Of a stretch of 64,000 bases of DNA, positions 50,850-64,000 are shown piece by piece (the stretch's first letter is position 1; the number at the start of each line of letters is the position of its first letter). The stretch spans positions 310,001 to 374,000 of the forward strand of contig NC_090602.1 of assembly GCF_000497125.1 (NCBI RefSeq), in the 5' to 3' direction. The translations under genes were made by a program, and so were the position numbers. The DNA comes from Spironucleus salmonicida. Lineage: Eukaryota. The notes under the pieces are model-generated. The model ran no database searches. It was not told where the DNA came from and saw nothing but the letters and a program-made list of their open reading frames with translations.

Positions 50850-51194
50850 TCACTTGGTACGCTTTTATTTCTTGGCGGCAGTAGCAGCAATGGTGGCCTT
50901 AGCAGCACGAGATTCTTCACAGAGGAAGGCCTTGAGGATTTTAGAGCGGCATGCTTTCATGGAAAGAACACCACCATAAGCGCGAGAAACAGTACGCTTG
51001 TTCTTGGTAACTAAATTTTTGTTGTTAAGAGCAATACCGTTAAGCATTTCACCAGTTTCCTGGCATACTAAACGCTTATGCTATTTAGTGATGTTAAGAG
51101 TAGAATAACCAGTAACAGTCTTGATGATGGCCCATCTGTTGGATTTAGTACGATAGGTGGAGTGACCTCTGCAAGTAACACGAGTATTAGCCAT
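50850..51194 (-). CDS. RPL34: 60S ribosomal protein L34 (eL34), 114 aa
   Basis: RVTCRGHSTYRTKSNR, CQETGEMLNGI, RTVSRAYGGVL, ILKAFLCEE. Confidence 0.92.
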
Positions 51195-51853
51195 TTGAGC
51201 AATGGAATGAAAATTAGAAAAATAATTAAAACAATATAGTTTAACTTTGATATAATAATATATTTTATACGAAATTTATATTAATAAATGACTATATACT
51301 AATTCTAGAGAATATTTACTTTAGTAATGTAATATAATTCAATTTAAGTAGTAATAAGTATTATAATAAATAATTATGAAGTGCATATACTTAATTTAAA
51401 TAAAGCCTCTATTAAGTTTTTTATGAAAAAATGTATAGTATTTCCTAGTCTTCGTGATATATAGTGAATGATATAATGATAATAGTGAGTAATATTTAGC
51501 TTAATTATTCCAATAATATACTTATCTTTAAGATAAAAACATGGAGACTACATGGGGTTGTAAGGTTAAGGGAATGTATGAATATTATTCATAGGTCATA
51601 TACTTTTCTAGAGATTAAAAGAGTCCAATTAATCAATCTCTGCGATAAAAGATAAATCAAGTAATAATTAAATTTTAATCAATTTTATAGTATCAAGTAC
51701 ATATAAACTGTCTATTTTTAAGGTATGAGTATAATATCTACTAATCTATGATTAAGTAAATTTTCAACTGGTTAGTACTTATTTTCAAAAAGAAGGATTA
51801 AATCACACTACATTAAATACTATACTACCTGTAGTAACCATTTCATCGCGATA

Positions 51854-52147
51854 ATGCCGTTCCATCCTAAAAATAGTGTGAAGGATGATAACTACTTCCT
51901 TGCCTTTATGGAGGTTATGTTTAGTTTCGACTTTATTGTATAAACTAAATCACACGCTGCTTCACTCTACTTAGAAGCGCGTGAAAAGAAACTTATTTAG
52001 AATTAAGATAAATTCATGAAACGTCTAGCAGATGTCTATAGTGAGTTGCTAGACACGAAACCTATCAACTATAAGCAAGCAGCATAGTATTTCTAGAAAA
52101 CTTTTAAGCGGCATGCCGCCCATTTTGACCCAACGAATCTGATGTGA
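51854..52147 (+). CDS. AT-rich paralog of the 97-aa protein in repeat B
   Basis: MPFHPKNSVKDDNYFLAFMEVMFSFDFIVQ...FDPTNLM; same length, 18 aa differences by hand count. Confidence 0.9.
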
Positions 52148-52806
52148 TAAATATTGTTATCGATATAAGTAAGCAATGTTTATAGTAGTTGTAAAAGATA
52201 AAGAATAAATCTTCGTAATTCATTCATAAAATAGGTGTATTTTTTACGTACTTGAGAGGGTTGCTAATATTTCTTACAATATCGGTACGCAATATACTTT
52301 AATTTGTTTAAAATATATCATATTTTCTTATTAACATACGATTTCTTTTAATTTTTTGATATATTTATTAGAAATATGACTTTCTCAACTTAAAATAACA
52401 TAAATAATATTCTATTGAACAAATTATAATATAGTTCATTTCTTCTAATCTCTAATTTTGGCACATCCTAGTTTTTAGTTATAGGGATCAAATAGTCTAT
52501 TTAGAGTGATCTTTATAGATAGTAGTATTATTATATAATAACCATATATAAATATATGTTATTTTTAGCAAAATTATCTTTAATACTAAAAATTTGATGT
52601 ATGCCGCAAAAATATAACTAACTTTCTATCTAAATAATTTCATAACAATCATACTTTCTGAAATATCACATTTGTATTTATCATTTATACCAGCATTCAA
52701 AATTTGTTTAAAAGATCATTAATTTTCAATAAAACTAAAATTATTTAGCATATTATATAATAAATATTAATTAGTATTCTACAAATAATTTTAATCGCTT
52801 TATCAC

Positions 52807-55800
52807 TCACAGCAAAACATCTCTCACAACCTCCTTAATCATGTCTTCTATTACCATACTACTTATATCACCCAAAATCTTATCTTGACTTACTTAATAA
52901 TCGGCAGCTTTCTCAATACTGCAAATCGAGCTTTTCATTGCAGTAAAAATCCATTGTTTTTAATTTTCAGCACTTTAAATTTCTTAAAAAAGCTGGCTTT
53001 CATCCATTTCAGGTTCAAATCTAGTATTATAAAAATCTGCCATTTCAACATCATCGCGTATTTCATTATATGAGACTAAATATCTTTTTGATCCTCCACA
53101 GTAATACTAATAATTTAGCTTTCTTGATGTAAATAAAATGAAATCGATTTCAAAATTATTAAAATTACTTAATTATGAGTCATTATTCATAGGATCAATT
53201 AGGAACTAAATTATATTGTGAATATTTTTAGAGATTTAAAGAGATTTAGGTACATAAAATGCTTTTCCTGGAGTTTATGAATATGCTTACTAATCTATTT
53301 ATAAATTATTCCTTTCATTCTAAAGCTATTTTTAGATGGATGAATTAATATCATGATTACTGTCAGGATCTTGAATAAGTGTTGTTGATTCTTACTAGAA
53401 TCCAAATTCTTCTAATTCATTTTCTTCATAGAAATCTGCATCCTTCTTCTCTTCCTGCTTGGGTTCCACCTAGTCAAAGTTGTCTAGATCGTCGAAGTTA
53501 TCGAAGTTGTCTAGATCGGTATCCTTCTTCTCTTCCTGCTTGGGTTCCACCTAGTCAAAGTTGTCTAGGTCGTCGAAGTTGTCTAGATCGGTATCCTTCT
53601 TCTCTTCCTGCTTGGGTTCCACCTAGTCAAAGTTGTCTAGGTCGTCGAAGTTGTCTAGATCGGTATCCTTCTTCTCTTCCTGCTTGGGTTCCACCTAGTC
53701 AAAGTTGTCTAGGTCGTCGAAGTTGTCTAGATCGGTATCCTTCTTCTCTTCCTGCTTGGGTTCCACCTAGTCAAAGTTGTCTAGGTCGTCGAAGTTGTCG
53801 AAGTTGTCTAGATCGGTATCCTTCTTCTCTTCCTGCTTGGGTTCCACCTAGTCAAAGTTGTCTAGGTCGTCGAAGTTGTCTAGATCGGTATCCTTCTTCT
53901 CTTCCTGCTTGGGTTCCACCTAGTCAAAGTTGTCTAGGTCGTCGAAGTTGTCTAGATCGGTATCCTTCTTCTCTTCCTGCTTGGGTTCCACCTAGTCAAA
54001 GTTGTCTAGGTCGTCGAAGTTGTCGAAGTTGTCTAGATCGGTATCCTTCTTCTCTTCCTGCTTGGGTTCCACCTAGTCAAAGTTGTCTAGATCGGTATCC
54101 TTCTTCTCTTCCTGCTTGGGTTCCACCTAGTCAAAGTTGTCTAGGTCGTCGAAGTTGTCTAGATCGGTATCCTTCTTCTCTTCCTGCTTGGGTTCCACCT
54201 AGTCAAAGTTGTCTAGGTCGTCGAAGTTGTCTAGATCGGTATCCTTCTTCTCTTCCTGCTTGGGTTCCACCTAGTCAAAGTTGTCTAGGTCGTCGAAGTT
54301 GTCTAGATCGGTATCCTTCTTCTCTTCCTGCTTGGGTTCCACCTAGTCAAAGTTGTCTAGGTCGTCGAAGTTGTCGAAGTTGTCTAGATCGGTATCCTTC
54401 TTCTCTTCCTGCTTGGGTTCCACCTAGTCAAAGTTGTCTAGGTCGTCGAAGTTGTCTAGATTGGTATCCTTCTTCTCTTCCTGCTTGGGTTCCACCTAGT
54501 CAAAGTTGTCTAGGTCGTCGAAGTTGTCTAGATCGGTATCCTTCTTCTCTTCCTGCTTGGGTTCCACCTAGTCAAAGTTGTCTAGGTCGTCGAAGTTGTC
54601 TAGATCGGTATCCTTCTTCTCTTCCTGCTTGGGTTCCACCTAGTCAAAGTTGTCTAGATCGTCGAAGTTATCGAAGTTGTCTAGATCGGTATCCTTCTTC
54701 TCTTCCTGCTTGGGTTCCACCTAGTCAAAGTTGTCTAGGTCGTCGAAGTTGTCTAGATCGGTATCCTTCTTCTCTTCCTGCTTGGGTTCCACCTAGTCAA
54801 AGTTGTCTAGGTCATCGAAGTTGTCATTATAGGAAGATTCTTATTTAACTATCTTCAATGATATAGTAACATTAGTATCAATTTCAGGACGCGAATCAAA
54901 AGCAGAACTAATCAATTAATTTTAATTATTATCTATCTAGCTAGTTTTAGACTATTTTAATTCATCAGAGTCATCATCAAATTTGATTATTGGTTTTGTA
55001 GTCTAATTAATATTTAATGGTTGTAATGGTATTAATGTCGTATTAGGCCCAAAATCCATCGAATCGTCATCCATAAATTCATTTGTTGAGTTTATTGGTG
55101 GATTTATCTCTTTAGGCTTGGTATCTTCTTTAAATACAAAATTATCTGTTTCAAATCCTGAACTGGGATCATCAGGATAATTTATTTTATTTTCTTACTG
55201 TATTATGTATTGCTTCGTTTATTATGGCTACTGCTACTTAGTAATATTAGATTGTCTAACAAAATCATCCTATTTAGTATTAATGAAATCATTTAAAGCG
55301 TCATCTGATTTATGAACCAATATATCATCAGATCTTATAGAAGTGGATATTGATTTTTCCTTTACAATTCGATTTGGAGAATATTTATTATCTTATATTT
55401 CCTATAATTAATCATAATCTGCCTTCTATTCAGTTTTAATATAATATGATTTTTTAAACTCTGTATTAAAAGGTACATCAGACTCATCCGCTGAGTGTAA
55501 AGTTTCTGGCATAGTTGCAGGTCGTATTGGCGATGAATTTGTTGATAAATCAATTTTCTAAGTAGATTGTTTTTATTATCTGTTAACTTAAATAATTTAT
55601 TCAGATACCTTATTAGATTCGTGTTGATTTTTATTCTACTAATTAATTACTTGTTATTTAACTTAAAAATCATCTTTACATATTTTTTGGGATTTTTTAG
55701 GAGTATTAATCGATAAATTATCATAATTTTAATCCTCATCTTCGTTTTCTGATTGTACTTTGCTAGACTTCACCACTACCGCTTGTTAAACTTCAATCTT

Positions 55801-56964
55801 ATTTTTAGGTGTTATTTTAACTATAGTCCTTTTAACCTTCTCTGATTAGTTAAATTAATCTTATTCTTCTTAAGTATCTTTTTAAATCAGAGCCGAATTA
55901 TTGTGACCGGATTAAACATTTTATTACACTACAGACAGAGATAATGATTCATTATTATTAATTTATTGCTTTTAAGGTGATTTTTGTTCAACCAACGACG
56001 CTAATTTTGATTTAATAAGTTGTGAGCTCTACTGATCCATCAAAAGCTCTAAAAGTGCCTTCTTGATCACATCTTGGAGAGTTCCTGAATCAATATTTTC
56101 AAAACTTTAACCTTCCGTTAAATATTTATTTTATCTTGGACTTTTCGGATTTCTTTCGATGAATGGTGTTTTTTTACGTGGAAATTATTTCTTCCCTGAT
56201 TTTGAGCGTTTTATAATATACTATTCTGCAACTGCAATATCACCCTGCATTTAAACGATTAACGGTTTCAGTTACTTATCTTTTTGAGCAGAGTTTGACA
56301 TATTTCTGACTATTTTTGACATCTTATGAAGCTGGTGCTGCACTTTGTGTAATTCAGATTCTTCATCCTCATAAGAATAGTTTTGCTATACGCATATTTA
56401 AGATAGCGAATCATCAACTGGAAGGGGATTCTCAAGATTTTCTTTGATTTGTTTGATACTAAAAGGGGGGATTTGATTATCAATTAAATTACCTTTGAAA
56501 ATATCTAAATCTGGAGAGTTGACCTTTTAAATTTTATGGACCTGTTTTTAAATAAGATGTTTCTGAGGATAGTCAATTGGTTGATATTTTTTAGGGGATG
56601 AATATAGTTTTTTGCTTGCAGAAAGCTATTTTTTCGGTGATTGAATACCAGAAGTTCTAACCCTCTAAACAATAACTTCCTATTCCTCAAAATCATCTTC
56701 TGATAAATTAATTTTCTCTACTTTTTACTGCTTAACATGGCTTTTACGTTATTTAGTTTGTTCACAAATAATTTTTTGTTATAATAAGTCTAAAATAGAG
56801 CCTTGCTCTGGATTTTTCATATTATGGTATTTTTAATTCTTTTCTATGATACTATCTCCCTTTTATTTAACAATATTAGTATTATTAGTACAAACTTACT
56901 ATTAACGAACTTATTTAATTAACACTTTTTATGTACTGGAAGCCTTTTACACTTTTGCTCTCAT
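52807..56964 (-). CDS. Large low-complexity protein with an acidic 24-aa tandem repeat, about 1385 aa
   Basis: MRAKVQKASST...; the repeat reads VEPKQEEKKDTDLDNFDDLDNFDQ in this frame; all unit length variants are multiples of 9 nt. Confidence 0.75.
53440..54826. repeat. Coding minisatellite, 19 units of 72 bp (81- and 54-bp variants)
   Basis: Unit atccttcttctcttcctgcttgggttccacctagtcaaagttgtctaggtcgtcgaagttgtctagatcggt. Confidence 0.95.
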
Positions 56965-57047
56965 TAATAAAATTTGGAATGAAATTACCTAATTATATAA
57001 TATACTATATTATATATAATAAAATAATTCATCTTTACAAATTAGGA

Positions 57048-58460
57048 TCATATATTTATTTCCTCTCGACAAATTTCTGGTCCTCCGCCATATATGTCTA
57101 AAATAGCTTTCCATGCATCGTGTTTCACACCTCTGTAGTCAACAACTGGCATTGATTATAAATTCAATACATAATTGTCGATTTATCCTGGCACTACTCC
57201 TCCAGCAATGAAATTTCGCCATTTAATCAACCATTTTTCACTGATTATATACCATTTCCCCCCTTTCATGGTATTAAATGAGTAAAATAAATCTCTTTCA
57301 TAATCTCGGCGTTGTTATAATGTTTTAAAAACCTTCAATGATTAATTGCGTACTACGTTAACACTTTTTCTGTATTTTTCACCCATATCTAAAATCATTT
57401 AATTTCCAACTTAAGAGATATTTTAATCATAACATCTTAGAACTTAAAATACGACAGATTTTTCAAATAGTGTTCTAATTGAATCAACAATAAAATCTTG
57501 AATATAGTTATTAGAAATATCCAAAAATTAAATATTCTTATGATCTTCTATACTTTCTAAAATCCTTATTAATCCATGTTAAATATTATTGTTGCTAATA
57601 TAAAGCTCAATCAGCGTATCATTATTTTATAATAATTCGCTTAAAACATCCCCACAATCTGGGCATAGTTTATTGTGATCTAGTCTTAATTTCCTAATTC
57701 TTGAAGAACTAAAAAGTAAATTTAACTACTTAAGTGCATCAACTTAGAGTAAGTTGTTAGACAAATCCACCGATTTTATTTAAACCTACCAGTGTAAGTC
57801 TACAGTATATAGCTAATTTTTAGATAGGTTAATTGCATCTGCTCCAGAATTTATAAATAATTGAGCATATTCTAATGCGAAATCGCCTAAAAATCGCATA
57901 TCTGGGATGAGCAAGATAAGCTATCGTATTTATGATATCGATGGTTAAGTTTTCCATTTTTTTGTAATTAATTCCGTAAAAATATACGAAATCATCCTGT
58001 TTTTCCATTCTCCTATTTACACCTCTTCTGATTCTTGGGTTGATGGTGTAACTGTAGAACTTAATAACTCGTAATAATCATTTAGCTCATCTATATATTC
58101 TGTCACTTGTATCTTAACGTATTCTTTTGTGAATTTATTTTTCATAAATGCCTTACAAACATCCTCTTACATAATGTTGATATATACAAAAATCTAATCG
58201 GCCGATTAGTTTTAAATGTAATATATTTGTGTAAGTATTGGGAGAAACTCAAATTACTATATGTTGAGATATTGTTTACACATTTCGTTTGTGTAGTCTG
58301 TGTCATTAATAAATATAGATTCTTTTAATAGTTAATAATTGATCTAGTATCTGTCATTAGTCACATACTTTAGATAATTTTCAAATGAGTAATCATGAAT
58401 TGGGAACATATAAAATTTTGTAAACTTTGTAGACTTTAATAATTGTTTTTTATTAATCAT
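57048..58460 (-). CDS. Leucine-rich repeat protein with C-terminal DUSP domain, about 470 aa
   Basis: RI-like LRRs (VDLSNN, LRLDHN, LYISNN, LDISNN); C-terminal WYIISEKWLIKWRNFI...PGQIDN...DY..V...AW..I..IYGGGP. Alternative ATG at 58409. Confidence 0.75.
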
Positions 58461-58564
58461 TATTATATCTTAAAAAAGTAACATATAAATTAAAATTTCC
58501 AATTAGTATTTTAAATATATAATACTCTTTATTATCTTTTTCGTTTTAAATTCCGTTCCTTCGA

Positions 58565-59653
58565 ATGATCTATTTTACATTTTCATCATCTGCATGCAAT
58601 TTGTGCTGTGAATATTGTGGTTCTACACCAGAAGGACTAGAAATGCCAGCAAAACCCACATATGATGCAAAACTTCTTGCAGAACGCATTAAAGAGGATG
58701 ATGATCCAGTTATTGTTTTTTATGGAGGTGAACCTTTGGTTAATATACCTTTTGTAATGTAAGTCATGGATCTCATTCCAGATGCTACTTTTGTTCTTTA
58801 ATCAAATTGTACGTTACTTCATAAGCTGTCCACGCCTTACCTATTAAGATTCTAGTGCATTCTCGTCTCCATCGATGGAAGGCCCGAAACGGTTGCCACT
58901 TATCGCGGACCTACTGTTTATCAATCTATTATTGATAACTTAGAAGATACTAGATAACGTGGATATACTGGTCATATGATAGCTAGAATGGCATGTTCAA
59001 TGAACACTGATATATATGAAGACGTTACATTTTTGCTTGAGCATCCTCTCAAATTTGATTCTATTTATTGGTAGTTAGATGCTGAATGGGACTATCCTAT
59101 GAATATTCGCTGGGGAGATTTTGAAGGTTATTTAAGAGATAGCTACAAGCCTGGTATTGCTAAGTTAATGTAAGATTTAATGAGAGATGCTAGAATAGGT
59201 AAATTTAGATAAATTAGTCCTTTTGCTTAAATTTTTGAAACTCACTTGAAAAACGTACCTTGTGACTTACGATGTGGTGCAGGACATCGTGCTGTTAGTA
59301 TAGCTACTGATGGTAAAATGCTTGCATGTCCAGTTGCTGCAACAGAAAAATGGAATCATATCGGTAATTTAGATGTAGATAAACCTAAGGATGTAATGAA
59401 AATTTAATAAATTAGCGGTCCGTGCGAAGGTTGTGATATAAGATATGCATGTGGTGGTAGATGTTTATATGCAAACAAGACTATGCATTGGAAAGAATAA
59501 GGCTATCAAATTGTATGTGGTACAGTTAGATAATTAGTAGATTTAGTTAAGGAAAATTTAGACGAAATGAAGTAACTTATAGCAGATGGAGTAATAGATT
59601 TCAGCAATTTTGAATTCCCTAATGAAAGATATAGTATTGAAACCATACCTTGA
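58565..59653 (+). CDS. Radical SAM/SPASM protein resembling the archaeal AF0577 family, 362 aa
   Basis: CNLCCEYC, FYGGEPL, VSIDG, IARM; SPASM cysteines RCGAG...ACP...CEGCDIRYACGGRCLY; ends ETIP. Confidence 0.85.
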
Positions 59654-59666
59654 CATGATTATTTTT

Positions 59667-61274
59667 TCATATTATAGTATTTATATCAACTTATAATAAC
59701 ATATATGTAACTGCTAGAATACCAAGTATAACTACTGGTATTGTAAGCATATTTCTTGCTAAATTTACTTAATAGTTAACTTCGACTTTTTATACTCTAA
59801 TAGGAGTACTATTCCCATCATTTATATAAACTACTATATATTTATCTATTTATTCATTTGATAAAATATTCAATGCAGATAGTAGCTCATAAGTTTATTT
59901 TAATTTAACACAATAATTTTCGTGATATAAGTTTGTCACACCTTGAGAAAAATTATAAATTTACTATAATAAAATTTCCTGTTAAGTGTTACCCTCATAA
60001 ACAATAGAAATTTATCCATATATTTTCTAATTAGAACATAAATACTAATTATAAAGTGTTAATAATATTTATGGCTACAGATCTATCTCTAAATATGATA
60101 TTAAAAAGCAAGTATTCGTTAATACATTATTTTTTTCTGTAGTTATCTGAAAACTAAATCCTAACTAGTATTAAGACTAATTGCATATAAATAGAAATTA
60201 ATTAATATTAAAATCTAAATCTAATTAAAGATTATTACCAGCAATTCGATTAACTGATAGGTTGTAGGTTTAACTAAAACACGTTATATCCGCATATTAA
60301 TTATCAAATAAATGTTTTATATCAACACCTGTTCTATTAACAAAAACAGATTTAATATTTAATTAGACAATGTAATTTACCCGCTGTTCCATTATAAATT
60401 TATCCGAATTTTAGAATTCAATAAATAACTAACTAGCTATAATTTTCGCTTGTACTATTTTTAAATCTGACTAACATGTAAGATTAGTATTAAATATTTG
60501 AAATGAAACATTAATTGAAAGTTACTATTGACCGTCATCATATAAAATTAAATTTAATTCATTTTACGAATGCTAGTACATAAGTGATAACTTATTGATA
60601 CATTGTTATTTTCTAACATCATCCAAATTTTCACAACTCATACAGTAATAATTACTTTCTAAATAAGGATTTTTCATGTTAGAAGAAAAAATATTTTTAG
60701 ACACTTAAGGATGGGATTAAGTAATTTTAAACGAATTAGATGAACCATCTTGTATATCTAGATAAATAAATTAGTTTTTAAATTGATAGAATACTGCTGC
60801 CTTTTACTATCTAAATAAATTTAAACTGCATCCTGTTGGCTCGACATATAGGCATAATTCTGACCCTGTTACTACTGAAATAACGGCACCATTTTTGAAG
60901 CAACGTTGAAAATCTACTTAAATTATTTCAAAAAATTCAATTGGATATATCTCTGTATAATTATGACTCTCAAATATATAAATACCACTATTATCTGTAA
61001 ATTATGAAATTGAACTTGGATAATCAAATAAAATAGAAAATTCAACCTCATCATCAAAATATATATGTAAATCTAAATTTGTTAAAGTTAAATCTTGATA
61101 TAAAATCTAAACTGCAGTAAAGTATCCACAAGTTGAGAAATTAGTAAACACCATGTTTTAAAATTTAGTTACTGTTAAGATAATAGTTTTCATTTAATTA
61201 TTTACTTCTAATTTACTATTTGAAAAACAGTTATTTGAAAATGTTATTTCTGACTACAACAAAATAATTATCAT
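59667..61274 (-). CDS. Hypothetical type I membrane protein, about 535 aa
   Basis: Short hydrophobic N-terminus MIIILLQ and C-terminal TM MLTIPVVILGILAVTYML. Confidence 0.65.
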
Positions 61275-61335
61275 TATCAAATGTGGCTTTGATACTATAC
61301 TAATATATAATATGTGTATAAACTTAATCACTGAA

Positions 61336-61749
61336 ATGAATATCGAAAAAATGAGATAGTTATTTAACCTAAGCGCCAACAAAGACTAGCTCATTATGAA
61401 AGATTAGCTTTTATTACTATTTTAATAATTAAATACTCCATTACCAGATGAAACAGATAATATACTACTACTAATAGACCCATAATTTGATGGAACGCTC
61501 ACTTTTCCAAAGTTTCAAAGATTTTATTACATATCCATAAACGAACAAGATCCAACATCCATCCTATTTTTTGCAGCTGATAAAAACTATGATGCATAAC
61601 TTTTATGCACAGAACTAGTTGAATTTCTTGATTTCTTAGGATATAAATCAGAGCCAGGAGACATGTTAAAACTAGCAAATAGCTTTGCTAGTGATGGAGT
61701 AGTGAACTAACAGCGATTCTAAAACCTAATCTAGTGGCTTATTGAGTGA
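61336..61749 (+). CDS. Degenerate EF-hand (calmodulin-like) protein, 137 aa
   Basis: IDPQFDGTLTFPKF, ADKNYDAQLLCTEL, SDGVVNQQRF; calmodulin-like size. Confidence 0.7.
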
Positions 61750-61800
61750 TTTATGTTTAGAGAATCAACATATGATAAAAGAAGAATAAATTATTTTCAC

Positions 61801-62940
61801 TCAATTACCAGTTCGACCCATGATCTTCTCAACAACCTCATTTTGGTCAATTTTTGGTTGAATCCCCGCACTTAGTAGCTGGTTTTCCAGTTAACTGACC
61901 AGATGTTCATACATGGCACACCTGCTTCTTTCTAATGCTATCTCCTACTCAAAACGTTCTTTTTCGTTATCAAAACTTCTAGAATTTTACTTCAAATTTT
62001 AAATCTCTTAAATCAGCTAAAATACTAAGTTACTTTCTCTGTGATAGTTGATGTAAGCCTATGAGCGCCATGTTTAAAATAGTTCATTTGCTGATTTTGT
62101 TTCAATTCCCTCACAACATTTTAACCACTTAACCATAGGTATGACATCTGTCCAATTTTCGTCTAATTAGTTAAAGAAACCAGCTATAAGAGGGTCATCA
62201 TCCAATCCACAATTTCTGAAAAATCTGACTGCATCTGATCCTGCAAATGTGAAATATGCATCTTTTTCTTCAGATTCAAACATTGTTGATTTAATTAATC
62301 TTCTGCCTAACTTTAAAGCCTAAAATCTACATCTAACACCAATATAAACTAATTAAGATATGTTTATTTTACCTTATACTTAATCTACAATATCCTTAAA
62401 CTGGAACGTTGCTGCTCCAATAATTTTGTCCTTTTCACGAAGTTTGAATGTTTCTGGCTTAACAAGATTAATATCATCTTTATTTCCTCTAATTTTTTCA
62501 GAAAGACCTGGAAATTTTGACTTAACTAATTTATCAAAATTCGATTTTTTGCGATTTGTGATAAATTCTTCACATTTAAGGAGGAGATCAACACCATTAT
62601 CGTCTAAATCAGAGTTCTCTGAAAAGTCAGAAAATGGTAGGTTTTGTTTATGTTAATATCTTCTTAGCAGTCTTATAGGTTTTTTGGAAAAATCTTAGCG
62701 TACCGCCTCTTCAGTTCTTGATATTATTATAGTAAATGAGTTCTCTGTCATAATATCTCGTTCTATATCCTCGTGAGGAACATTTGGAAGAACGTGAGAA
62801 TAAAGAGATGTTAATGCATATATTAAGTCTTAATTATGCGATATTTATCCTGATGATATCTTTTATGCTATGCATGGAAGCGGCTAACCACCATATTAAT
62901 ATAAAAGAGTTGTGTTATACGGCAATGGCTCGTTTGACAT
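61801..62940 (-). CDS. Hypothetical protein, about 379 aa
   Basis: MSNEPLPYNTTLLY...; stop TGA followed by GTGA. Confidence 0.6.
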
Positions 62941-63470
62941 TTTAAATTTTGAAAAGCCAAATTCTTATAAAGTATATGATATTTATTATCTGAGCCTAAA
63001 ATTATTGGCTTTAAAATATTTCTAATAGGTCATTTTATAAGAGTATAACATTCATAGATATAAAAATTGAAAATAATGTGATAATTCATATTTTTGCACG
63101 TAAAAATTTATTATAAATTTATTCTATTGTCTAGCTTAGTGCAAATTATAGTATGTTGATAGAGTAGTGTTAAAAAATGCCTAAGAATATCCTCAACTTT
63201 ACGTCTAACATTTTACTTAAATATTCTATATTTCACCATCACTCTTTCTTTAAATCGTTGTATTACCTAAGCTAGTCGTAATTTTAAGAATTTAATATTT
63301 ACTAATTAAAAAATATTTATTTTTATTATTCAGATTTATTTTCATATACTTAAGGTTATTCATATTACTGATATTATAATATTATCATCCTTGCTTAAAA
63401 ATTACGCTTATATACAAAATACTATATGATATTCATTTAAAAATACTAAAATATACTAAATTTAACTATA

Positions 63471-64000
63471 TCAACACATACATTCATTTATCAAGTCGCT
63501 AACCAGCATCATTTGGCGATCTCCTGCTGACTAAACTCCTTGTAAATGTTCTAAAATATCTTCAAGTGTTAAAAATTACTCCAAAATTAAGCCTTTAATA
63601 AATCCTAACAAATGTATAATAATAGTAACGTTATTTAAGTTTCTGGTCATACAAATCCAAACGTTATCTACAACATCATTATCTTCCAAAAATTCTTATA
63701 AAAATTAATCTAAATAACAGCTCATCTCTTCTAAACAAATTGCAGCATAAGTTATAATTTTGATATCAGTTGACTCTAAACCTTTCAAGATTAATTAAAT
63801 AACTTTCTCAGTAAATAGATATTTATAATCCTTTACGGAATTAGAAATAAGCCATAAATATAATCCAATATCATTATCTGCGAATTGTGAAATTATAAAA
63901 AATATTGGTGTATTAAAAATAATATCAAGATTTGATCTTCTAAAAGAAATAGTGGCAACTAAATCCAAGGCCTCAGAGAATATATCTTATTGTAAAAATG
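63471..64000 (-). CDS. 3' end of an ARM/HEAT-like protein (starts beyond window)
   Basis: Open code 6 frame ...LWLISNSV...[21 protein letters not shown]...NECMC-TGA. Confidence 0.55.

Noticed and set aside
53440-54826. CRISPR array
   Set aside because: Head-to-tail tandem units with no unique spacers; eukaryotic context; no cas genes.
53379-54848. 489-aa + strand PSSLPAWVPPSQSC repeat ORF
   Set aside because: Antisense shadow of the minisatellite; the - strand frame is continuous with flanking coding sequence under code 6.

Overview
Eukaryotic, gene-dense, intron-less, AT-rich DNA using the alternative nuclear code in which TAA/TAG = Gln and TGA is the only stop (table 6). The code, the C-rich motif before start codons, AGTGA overlapping stop codons, the cysteine-rich membrane protein, Protein 21.1-like ankyrins, NEK kinase and archaeal-type AlaRS point to a hexamitine diplomonad, most like Spironucleus salmonicida (inference). 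The supplied standard-code ORF track misses most real genes, so I re-translated by hand; long ORFs were checked at their ends and at sampled internal points. About 50 CDS are present, including alaS, MAP2, PTH2, TVP23, a TBC Rab-GAP, ferredoxin, Nup62/Nsp1, PHS1, coactosin-like ADF-H, NIF3, NEK, HSBP1, SMC5, RPL34, an AF0577-type radical SAM/SPASM enzyme and a 72-bp tandem-repeat protein. The most striking structure is that the sharply GC-rich islands coincide with long inverted repeats around AT-rich spacers: 22558-24551 / 31599-33592 (about 2 kb, near-identical), and 1-145 / 5874-6018 (left arm runs off the window). One gene pair straddles the repeat edge, with diverged AT-rich 5' parts and identical GC-rich 3' parts. 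A single AT-rich paralog of another repeat gene lies at 51854-52147. Together these suggest GC-biased gene conversion between palindrome arms. The repeat also carries a very compact MCM10-like gene.
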